From Candidatus Hodarchaeum mangrovi (GTDB lineage Archaea; Asgardarchaeota; Heimdallarchaeia; Hodarchaeales; Hodarchaeaceae): DNA of 51,297 nt. Position numbers and translations under genes: made by a program. Within the stretch, counting starts at the first letter, position 1. Each line of letters opens with the position of its first letter. The stretch lies in contig JAEOUE010000032.1 of NCBI GenBank assembly GCA_016839515.1, positions 1 to 51,297 of the forward strand, given 5' to 3'. Below are positions 40,468 through 48,458 of the stretch, in pieces. Below the pieces are notes generated by a model. It made no database searches and had not been told where the DNA came from. It worked only from the letters and a program-made list of their open reading frames with translations.

Positions 40468-41253
40468 TTGAATGAAATTGAACAAATATTATCAGATTTT
40501 AAATCGAATAAAATAACTCTTGAAGAAGCCAAAAAATTACTAAGGCTTTTCAGCTTAGAATTCATTGAAAATGAAGTTACTCTTGATTCAGGACGTTTTA
40601 AACGCAAAGGAATACCTGAAGTAATTTATGCGGAAAAAAAGAGTCCAGAAACGGTTAGAAAAATAATTCAAACTCATTTGAAAGAAAATTCATCAATTTT
40701 AGTCTCACGAGTACTAGAAAAACATCTTGGAATTATTAAAACTAATTTTGCAGAGCAATATAATATCCAAATTTCACCCCAATTTGAACCTTATTCGGTA
40801 ATTGTAGCAACAAAAGATTATCAATTTCAAAAATCAGTAAATAAAATCGGAATTCTCACTGCAGGAACTTCTGACATACCTGTTGCTGAAGAAGTCAAAG
40901 CCATTGCCAAAATGATGGGAGTAAGTACTATACAGTTTAATGATGTAGGAATTGCAGGAGTTCATAGAATTTTTGAACCATTAAAAACAATGCTACAAGA
41001 AAATGTCCGAGTTATTGTAGCAATTGCTGGGATGGAAGGAGCTTTACCTGCGATAGTCACAAGTTTAGTTCAAATTCCAGTAATTGGAGTTCCCACATCT
41101 GTAGGATATGGTTATGGAGGAAAAGGAGAAGCAGCTTTATTAACGATGTTACAAACTTGCTCTCCAGGTCTAGTAGTAGTAAATATAGATAATGGTATAA
41201 ATGCTGGCGCAACAGCGGCATTAATCATAAAACAGATTGAAGAAAAAGCATGA
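40468..41253 (+). CDS. larB: Nickel pincer cofactor biosynthesis protein LarB (PurE/AIR carboxylase-like)
   Basis: GIPEVIY, AGTSDIPVAEE, DVGIAGVHR, AGMEGALP, VPTSVGYG, VVNIDNG. Confidence 0.95.
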   Translation: MNEIEQILSDFKSNKITLEEAKKLLRLFSLEFIENEVTLDSGRFKRKGIPEVIYAEKKSPETVRKIIQTHLKENSSILVSRVLEKHLGIIKTNFAEQYNIQISPQFEPYSVIVATKDYQFQKSVNKIGILTAGTSDIPVAEEVKAIAKMMGVSTIQFNDVGIAGVHRIFEPLKTMLQENVRVIVAIAGMEGALPAIVTSLVQIPVIGVPTSVGYGYGGKGEAALLTMLQTCSPGLVVVNIDNGINAGATAALIIKQIEEKA

Positions 41254-41346
41254 AAAACAAGTAGATTAATTAATTTTACTTAAAACAACAGGCAAAAAAT
41301 CTATCAAACCGTCAGAGAAAGTGTTTTAATTGAAGGTGTAAATGAT

Positions 41347-42021
41347 ATGACTGAAAAAAAAGTGAATGAAAAAGAAATTCATGAAACAAAATCAAATAAT
41401 AACGAAAAGGATCAGATGGACCAAATATCCAATTCTGATAAAGAAACAGAAAAAAAAGATCAGTCTAAAAAGAAATATATTTTTAATTGTACAAAGTGTG
41501 GACAATGTTGCGAGAAAAGAGAAACAGTTCCATTGTCGTTGGCCGATATTCGATCATGGTCAAAATCAGGTATTTTTAATGCTGTATATCCTCATATTAA
41601 AATTAAAACTTTTCAAACAGATAATAAGAATCAATATATTGCTCTTGTTCTTGAAGGAACAGAAAAAGGATGCCCATTGTTTGACCAAGAAAACAAATTG
41701 TGCAATATATATCATTCGATGCCTTTAGAATGTAAAGCTTTTCCTTTAGGATTCAATGGACAAAATTATTACATTAAAGATAAGACAGTTCCTGGACTAG
41801 GTCAAGGTACTATGACTAAAGAAAGATTAATCGAAGATCGAGATAATGCTAGGGAAGATTTTGAAGCACGTCTTGATACACAGATATTACTTCCTCTCCT
41901 ATATTCTGCTTTTATGCAAAATATAATTGAACAACAACAGCAAATTATGGAAGAGATGCCTCAAGAAAAGCGAGAACAACTGGAAGAATTGTTGAAAAAA
42001 CCAAAATCTGATACAAAATAA
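41347..42021 (+). CDS. YkgJ-family (CxxCxxCC) cysteine cluster protein
   Basis: FNCTKCGQCC...CPLFD...CNIY..MPLECKAFP. Confidence 0.9.
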   Translation: MTEKKVNEKEIHETKSNNNEKDQMDQISNSDKETEKKDQSKKKYIFNCTKCGQCCEKRETVPLSLADIRSWSKSGIFNAVYPHIKIKTFQTDNKNQYIALVLEGTEKGCPLFDQENKLCNIYHSMPLECKAFPLGFNGQNYYIKDKTVPGLGQGTMTKERLIEDRDNAREDFEARLDTQILLPLLYSAFMQNIIEQQQQIMEEMPQEKREQLEELLKKPKSDTK

Positions 42022-42651
42022 TCAAGCTTGAGGATTATATCCACAATTTGAACATTCCCATCTGGCAATGGGAATTGTAATCCCCTTAATTTCTTCTGAA
42101 TAAGGTAAAAGATTTCCTTTACCACATTTTGGGCATAATGGAGTATCAATTTTTGTTCTGCTATTTTTCTGAAATAACTGAGATTGTACCAATTTTTTCG
42201 AAGTGTGAGTCTTTCTCTTCGAGATTTTTGAGGGTGACTTTTCCCTTGAACTAACCTTAACTTTTGAAATTCGTTTTTTAGTATCTTTATTTACCGCTTT
42301 CACATCTTGAGTTTGTTCTATTACTGATGTTATAACAGTAGATTGATCCATCGGCCCTAAACCTTCTTCAGGTACATCTTCAATGCATATCCAGAAATCT
42401 TCAGGTTCACTTCCTTGGTCAGCGGACCGAACACGCAAAGTTAAACCATATAATCGCCGAATTTCTTGAGCCACTGTGCTTGATATAAAACGGGTTCGTA
42501 CATGTGCTCCTTGGCCTATCCAGATCCATAGTTCCTTTCTTTCTTCCACAACAAGAATAAAGACTTCACCTGATTTTAAATCTTCCTTTTTAAAGGCGAC
42601 AGGATCCCAATTACCATCATCTTGTACTTGATAAGCAACAAGTCGTGCCAA
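42022..42651 (-). CDS. Gelsolin-domain protein with basic linker and C-terminal zinc ribbon
   Basis: LKSGEVFIL...LWIWIG...AQEI...DQGSEPEDFW gelsolin signature; C-terminal CPKC...CSNC. Confidence 0.82.
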   Translation of the reverse strand: MARLVAYQVQDDGNWDPVAFKKEDLKSGEVFILVVEERKELWIWIGQGAHVRTRFISSTVAQEIRRLYGLTLRVRSADQGSEPEDFWICIEDVPEEGLGPMDQSTVITSVIEQTQDVKAVNKDTKKRISKVKVSSREKSPSKISKRKTHTSKKLVQSQLFQKNSRTKIDTPLCPKCGKGNLLPYSEEIKGITIPIARWECSNCGYNPQA

Positions 42652-42725
42652 AATTAAGAACCACTCAAAAGTAAAGCATCTATGTGTTGAAATAATACCC
42701 TTTTAAAAAATTTGAGTGTAGATTA

Positions 42726-43349
42726 TTAATTTCCTAATAAAGCCTCAATCTTAAAGATATGGAGAGGAATGCATTTATATTGAACTGTTTTAGTTAAGAT
42801 GAACTCTTTGGGGGTTTCTATAAGCTTATCAAAACTAAGAAAATCAATAAAGTTATTTGGAGGAGGATCCAAAATCTTGGGGAGGCGTGTTTCAACATTA
42901 TATTCGTTTAGGAATAGTCCAGAAATAGTCGACTTTTTTCTTTTAATTGTAATAATCCCTTTATTTAACTTTATAACGCATAATCGCTCAGGTAATATTA
43001 TCTTACTCCGTTTCCAATGAATTTTCATATCATATGAAGGGGAGAAAATGAATTTAAACGAGGGAGTCCAAAAAAACCCAATTTGTAGCAATAAAAATAT
43101 AGAGATTAGAATTATTAATCCTGCAACTTCATTCATTACTGGTTTTATTGGTTGTAACAATCTAACATATGAATCAGCTATTTCAAAAGAGAACTGTTCA
43201 GGAGGGGAATTACTAGAAGTAGGACCCAAGGTATTCGGAAGAGGAACAATGAAGATGAATAGAACAATACTGCAGCTTATAGCTGTTATCCCAAGAAAAA
43301 GCTTAGTTTTTCTAATTCTTTTATCAGGAATTAATAACAAATTTTTCAA
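42726..43349 (-). CDS. Hypothetical membrane protein (2 TM plus basic C-terminal domain)
   Basis: Two hydrophobic helices; TTG start overlaps the upstream stop. Confidence 0.6.
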   Translation of the reverse strand: MKNLLLIPDKRIRKTKLFLGITAISCSIVLFIFIVPLPNTLGPTSSNSPPEQFSFEIADSYVRLLQPIKPVMNEVAGLIILISIFLLLQIGFFWTPSFKFIFSPSYDMKIHWKRSKIILPERLCVIKLNKGIITIKRKKSTISGLFLNEYNVETRLPKILDPPPNNFIDFLSFDKLIETPKEFILTKTVQYKCIPLHIFKIEALLGN

Positions 43350-43816
43350 TCTCCTTTATTTCTAGTTAAGAGTTCCTGTAATTTTTCTCCATGTAATTGA
43401 ACTAACTCAATCATACGTTGAACAAGTTTATTATCTGCATTCGCATATGCAAGCTTCATTCTTGAATGGATTTCGTCTAACATAACTAAATTATCTTTTT
43501 CCAAAGCTTTGAGATCATTATATATTGATTTGGACTTGACTGAAATACCTAAAGTCCTTGCGATATCAATCCCAGAGAGTCCTTGTGGATAAATAGCGAT
43601 AAGCTGCATAAGTATCAATCTTTTGTGAAAGGATAAAGGGGTTGTGAATAGGTAAACAATTGATGAATAATAATCACGTGTAAGATTTAGTAACCTCTGG
43701 GTTAATATTGTAATGTACTGACTAATCTCAGGACGAACTTGAGCTGTGGTTTCCAATGAATTTAATATATCACGAATTGTATTATCACTTTTTGTTTTTT
43801 CACTGGATGAAGTCAT
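43346..43816 (-). CDS. Winged-helix DNA-binding protein
   Basis: GLSGIDIARTLGIS..SKSIYNDLKALEKDNLV. Confidence 0.8.
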   Translation of the reverse strand: MTSSSEKTKSDNTIRDILNSLETTAQVRPEISQYITILTQRLLNLTRDYYSSIVYLFTTPLSFHKRLILMQLIAIYPQGLSGIDIARTLGISVKSKSIYNDLKALEKDNLVMLDEIHSRMKLAYANADNKLVQRMIELVQLHGEKLQELLTRNKGD

Positions 43817-43854
43817 GAGTAAAGATCTCCATTAACTTTGTCAGGTTTATGAGA

Positions 43855-43930
43855 ACACCAATAGGTGTGTAAAGATACACAATTAATAACAAGTACTTCC
43901 ACCTTTTGTATATGTTCGTAAAGGATACAA
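43855..43930. promoter_or_regulatory. Candidate operator elements between divergent wHTH genes
   Basis: ACACC-N4-GGTGT (43855-43868), GTGTA-N4-TACAC (43867-43880), TTGTAT-N13-ATACAA (43906-43930), and direct repeat GTAAAG(G)ATACA at 43869 and 43918. Confidence 0.45.
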
Positions 43931-43957
43931 TCAAAACCTTTTTTGAGGATTTATTTC

Positions 43958-44464
43958 ATGGTACAGCAATCTTTAAAACATAGCTTCAGGAGAGTTTCAG
44001 GATTTTCAACTATTAAGGAGAAAGATTCTGAGAATATAAATTATGAAAGTGCTATAAAAGGCACCACGCTTGATGTTTACTTTTTTCTCCTTAAAAAACG
44101 AGAGGCAGCTGGTGTTCGTGAAGTTCAAAGAGAATTAAACCTCTCATCACCAAGTGTAGCAAGTTATCACTTAGAAAAATTAGAATCATTAGCTATCATT
44201 AGGAAAAATCGATTTGGTAATTATGAACTTGCCAAAAAAATTGATATAGGAGCACTAAAGCAATTTGTTTTAATAGGAAATTATACACTCCCTCGTTTTT
44301 CACTTTATGCAACCTTTATTACAATATGTTTCATTGGTTATCTCGTTTTTTTTCTAACTTTTCCGATTTCAGTTGGGGAATTATTTGCACTCATTTTTGG
44401 ATTATTTGGTGTAATTATTTGTTGGATAGAAACTTTCTTGAGTTGGAACTCAAAACCTTTCTGA
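43958..44464 (+). CDS. Membrane-anchored winged-helix transcriptional regulator (wHTH plus 2 TM)
   Basis: GVREVQRELNLSSPSVASYHLEKL..., then LPRF and two TM helices; start taken at ATG 43958 after GAGG. Confidence 0.85.
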   Translation: MVQQSLKHSFRRVSGFSTIKEKDSENINYESAIKGTTLDVYFFLLKKREAAGVREVQRELNLSSPSVASYHLEKLESLAIIRKNRFGNYELAKKIDIGALKQFVLIGNYTLPRFSLYATFITICFIGYLVFFLTFPISVGELFALIFGLFGVIICWIETFLSWNSKPF

Positions 44465-44477
44465 AATACTAAGGGAA

Positions 44478-45005
44478 TTAAATAAAACGGACTCGTTCTC
44501 TTATATCAATTTTTGGAAAACGATGTTCCTGCTCTGTATCTCGCCAAATTTCCTTTAGTTTGTATTTCTCAATAAGTAATGATAGCTCTTTCAAAAATTG
44601 TAATAATTCTCGCACCTTTCTAGCAAATCGATACATAGACATCTCATCATATCGATACCCATTGAATATACGAAGTTCTTCATTTTCACTAGTGAGGATA
44701 ATCCTTCCTGTAAAGAATTGTCCCTGAATATTGAGAATATCTTTCAAAAAATCTAGAACAACTTTCTCAGGTGCTTCTTTTAGTTCCGTGAGTGCGTTTG
44801 AAAAAAAAGAAATATGAGAATATCCATTCTCTAAGGTAATATTAAGATCAGGACAATCTTTTACAGTTAAAAGGAACGTATAGGTTTTATTTTGTAAATC
44901 TGCGAGGATAACATATTCAAAACGAAGTAATTCTAGCCATTGCTTGATTCTATCGACCTGTTTTGGGAGATCTGCCCGTGGATCAATTCGGTGGATTGTT
45001 CGCAT
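44478..45005 (-). CDS. Hypothetical protein, possibly YbjN/T3SS-chaperone-like fold
   Basis: helix, 3 strands, helix, 2 strands, helix pattern; tentative. Confidence 0.5.
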   Translation of the reverse strand: MRTIHRIDPRADLPKQVDRIKQWLELLRFEYVILADLQNKTYTFLLTVKDCPDLNITLENGYSHISFFSNALTELKEAPEKVVLDFLKDILNIQGQFFTGRIILTSENEELRIFNGYRYDEMSMYRFARKVRELLQFLKELSLLIEKYKLKEIWRDTEQEHRFPKIDIRERVRFI

Positions 45006-45040
45006 AATTTTTCCTCGTATTAAATGATTATAAGGTGGAT

Positions 45041-45643
45041 TTAGTGGCTATTTTTCTCTTTTTTATCGCTTGAAATTTGAAAAAGGGTTCTATTTCGAAA
45101 GGGAATCAAGCACATAATTAACGTTTCTTTTAAAATATCTTTCCGGTTAATCTTATTATCAGTGAAAAATCCAATTGCTCCCTGTTTTTGTTTAATATTT
45201 TCAATACCACTAGCTTTATCTACTATTGTCCCTAATTCTAAGAAAGGATCATCTACAAGAGCTTCATACCAGTGACTAGGGAGGGGAATTTCACAACCCC
45301 GTACTGTTTCGATATACACAGGGTCAGCAACAGTGCAAAACACGATGATTCGATGTGTTCCAAACCTAGTTTGTGAAATCCCTCCCTCTAAACCCACGTA
45401 ATAATCAAATTCTGGATTATAATCCCTTATTAATTGTACCCTTCTCTGAGAATATTCAAAAGTTTCTAATTCTCCAATAGGTTGATTGGTCCATTGAACT
45501 TGGTTAAGATAATTATTTGGGGAGTTTAATGTAGGTACATCAATCGGAGTAATTCTGACATCATGGAAAAATGTTTCAAAAGCTTCTTTTGCTGCTTGTA
45601 TTTTAATTGGATTTTTACTAGCAACTTGGACTTTAATAGACAA
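45041..45643 (-). CDS. yjjX: Inosine/xanthosine triphosphatase (DUF84)
   Basis: ASKNPIK, QPIG..ET, VGLEGG, ELG, KQKQGAIGFFT. Confidence 0.92.
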   Translation of the reverse strand: MSIKVQVASKNPIKIQAAKEAFETFFHDVRITPIDVPTLNSPNNYLNQVQWTNQPIGELETFEYSQRRVQLIRDYNPEFDYYVGLEGGISQTRFGTHRIIVFCTVADPVYIETVRGCEIPLPSHWYEALVDDPFLELGTIVDKASGIENIKQKQGAIGFFTDNKINRKDILKETLIMCLIPFRNRTLFQISSDKKEKNSH

Positions 45644-46346
45644 CTTGTATCTTCTCCTCTAAATAACAGATGATTTTTGAAACTATAACCCATGCAGGAA
45701 GTACATCGTGATATAATGGTAGTAAGATTATCGAAAAATGACTATCTTTCAACATATTTAATAATGTAAAATTTAGGTCCCCTGATTGGTAACCCCCAAT
45801 GAGAAAGATTAAATCATTCATAAGGTTAATTTGTGACAATGAATGAATAGTAATCGGGAATTCTCCTTTGAAATGACTCGTTTCACAAAGTATTATTTGT
45901 GAACTCGGTTTCGACTGAAGGATATGATCAAGTGAGCATGATTCCAACTTTAAAATCGGATTTCCTTTAATTGGAACACGTCCTTGATATAATAATTGTG
46001 AAAACAAACCGCAAAAACGGTTATAATTAACAGGTACTCTCCAAGTTAATGGTATTTCAATACACAAATTTTCCCGAGTATGAATAATGACTTTAAATAT
46101 TCCTTCGGAAAATAAAGGAGAATAAACGGTGTTCAGAAGCATATGATGTATAATATCAGGACGTCCTCGCTGATTTGAGTCTGGTAACATGTCCATTAAA
46201 GGACTATGTATTGCCCCATCAAGTAAAATTCCTCTATCACGCTTAGATGTATTAAATTGCCATTCTTTTCGGATTAACGCATGTCTTCTTAAATTTTGGG
46301 GAATTAATTCCAATCCTGCATTAAAGAAGATAAAATCTATTGCCAA
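45633..46346 (-). CDS. nep1: SSU rRNA pseudouridine N1-methyltransferase Nep1/Emg1
   Basis: LELIP, LLD..H, RGRPDIIH, IHT, RVPVNYNRFCGL, IGGYQSGD. Confidence 0.93.
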   Translation of the reverse strand: MAIDFIFFNAGLELIPQNLRRHALIRKEWQFNTSKRDRGILLDGAIHSPLMDMLPDSNQRGRPDIIHHMLLNTVYSPLFSEGIFKVIIHTRENLCIEIPLTWRVPVNYNRFCGLFSQLLYQGRVPIKGNPILKLESCSLDHILQSKPSSQIILCETSHFKGEFPITIHSLSQINLMNDLIFLIGGYQSGDLNFTLLNMLKDSHFSIILLPLYHDVLPAWVIVSKIICYLEEKIQVVY

Positions 46347-46644
46347 ATATAACTCTCCATTAAACTAGTTACGGTTAGTAAGCAAATGAACTCCATCTAT
46401 AGGGAGATTATTCAAATTTCGTAAAATCTTTTTCTATCCATCAAAAAACATATTTGGATTTTTTAATCTATATCCAATCAAGTTCATTGCAAATTGTATC
46501 ACTCTTACCGTATTCTCCTAATTTGAACTTATTAAATCGTTTAAAGATATAATCTCCTTTTTTGTCGCCAATATATATTTGAGATTGACGTCCCTTCTTT
46601 AAATTTATAATTATGAACTCACAAGATGTTCAACAGGGAATTAG

Positions 46645-46833
46645 ATGCTACGATCATATGTTTTACCTAAAAAACTTAAAACTGTTCATCAACCAGGTCA
46701 ACAAGTAGAGATTTGGATTAATGAAAGACATATCTCATCAATAAATGAAATTCCTATGAAAGAACAATCTTTTATACGAGATTTTGTAAAAAATATGGAA
46801 GATCGTGGTTGGAAAGTCAATATTCAACTATAA
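46645..46833 (+). CDS. Small hypothetical protein
   Basis: 62 aa in an otherwise empty gap, protein-like composition, AGGGA upstream. Confidence 0.55.
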   Translation: MLRSYVLPKKLKTVHQPGQQVEIWINERHISSINEIPMKEQSFIRDFVKNMEDRGWKVNIQL

Positions 46834-46857
46834 TAAATCCTTTGCAATCATAATCTC

Positions 46858-48129
46858 TTAAAATTCATCTAATGACTCTGGAGTTGTCACATATTTTTGG
46901 AGAACTAAGTGTAATGGCTGAAATTCCATATCTTCCGGTGTGTTTTCTTTTAATATCCTTGCTAGATATCGAGCTCTTTCAGATCCTTCTTCTTGAGATA
47001 TTTGTGTAAATAACTTGTCATATGCAGAAGCATCTAAAGAAGCTAAAATGTCTCCAACTTTTTCGTAATATTCTTTTGAGATAGATGAATCACTGAGTAA
47101 TTCAATTAATAATAATACCATCTTTTTATTAGATTGAGTTATTGTCCTAATAACTTCGTGCTCTTCATCTCCTGCATTCCTCAGATGGTGAACCAATACT
47201 TCATATGCTTCATTTGTAGCATTTTCTTGAAGAGCATATAAAACTTCTAAACGTATGTATTCAGAAGTTTCAGGTTTAGAAAGAACCTCTTTTAATACTG
47301 GTACTGAGGATGGATCTTTAATTTTTCCAAGGACTTCAATAAGAGCTCCACAAATATTCTCAGATTCACAATTAACAAGTGCTTCAGCTAAATAAGGAGT
47401 TGCACTAGATTGAAAACGGACAAGGATTGCACGAACAGTCTGATCACGACGTTGATCAAACTTTCCTAGCATCGTTAGAAGTGGAAGAATTGCTTTTTCT
47501 TCTTTCATTTCAGCTAAAGCATATCCTGCTGCAAGTTTTGACTCAATGTCTTCCTCATAATTATTAAGTACTTCCAACATTTTTGTTTTTGATTGAGCTG
47601 CTTTTTCTTTCATATTAGCAAGGATAAAGATTAATTGTTGTTTTTGTTTAGGTAATTTTGTGTCAAAAACCTGTAATATTGAAGGAACTCTGTTTGACCA
47701 ACATTCCTGCCACATGGATGCCTTATGACATTTTAAAAAGGTGTCATCAAATACAGCATCTTTTGGTCGGATTTGTTCTGCAATACAATAAAATGTCAAA
47801 CGCTTTCGTTTAAGGAAGGGACATTTCGTTTTATAATTTAAATACTGCATTCCAGAACGAATTGTCAATAATTGATAAGCAAATATTTCAAACCATCGAC
47901 CGATTTGAAAGAGGGTATAAGGCAATAAGATCATAAAAACGATAAAAGTAATAACTATTCCAATTAATTCTAGGGATAATATCAAACCATAATAAGAAAA
48001 AAACAATAACCAAGCAAAAAAGGCCATTATTGAGGATATAAGGGTATTGATAACATCTGATGTAAATTTAGGTCCCTTTACGATCGGATCAAAGGATTGT
48101 TGTGGGGTATCTAGCACATCTGAAACCAT
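46858..48129 (-). CDS. Membrane protein with Cys-containing domain and HEAT/PBS-lyase repeats
   Basis: Two TM helices, CPFL..YC..KC..EC, then repeats such as AAGYALAEMKEEKAILPLL and LIEVLGKIKDPSSVPVL. Confidence 0.8.
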   Translation of the reverse strand: MVSDVLDTPQQSFDPIVKGPKFTSDVINTLISSIMAFFAWLLFFSYYGLILSLELIGIVITFIVFMILLPYTLFQIGRWFEIFAYQLLTIRSGMQYLNYKTKCPFLKRKRLTFYCIAEQIRPKDAVFDDTFLKCHKASMWQECWSNRVPSILQVFDTKLPKQKQQLIFILANMKEKAAQSKTKMLEVLNNYEEDIESKLAAGYALAEMKEEKAILPLLTMLGKFDQRRDQTVRAILVRFQSSATPYLAEALVNCESENICGALIEVLGKIKDPSSVPVLKEVLSKPETSEYIRLEVLYALQENATNEAYEVLVHHLRNAGDEEHEVIRTITQSNKKMVLLLIELLSDSSISKEYYEKVGDILASLDASAYDKLFTQISQEEGSERARYLARILKENTPEDMEFQPLHLVLQKYVTTPESLDEF

Positions 48130-48458
48130 TATTATACTTCTCCTTGGAAATGAGATTCATAGAGGATGCTTCTTTCAATTCCCCTCTAAATAGAGTTGAT
48201 TTTATGAATATTTGGATTTTTTAACACATAGAATCTAAGATAACAATGGTAATCAAATTTCCTTAGAAATTTCTTTTATAAAAAAAGGATCTTATTCAAT
48301 TATTATTCAAAGTTGAATTGATAAATTAAATTTTTCTAAGCAAATCTCAATTGGTAGAGCATAATCTAAAAAAGAGAATAGTGTACAATAGAAAATATTT
48401 TAAATTACCCTAGCTTTTAAACCTCCAAGTAAATGAATAGAAGTTGCTTTTAAGAGTG

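Noticed and set aside
46347-46644. Tiny minus-strand ORFs (17-22 codons) upstream of nep1
   Set aside because: Too short and unsupported; expected by chance.
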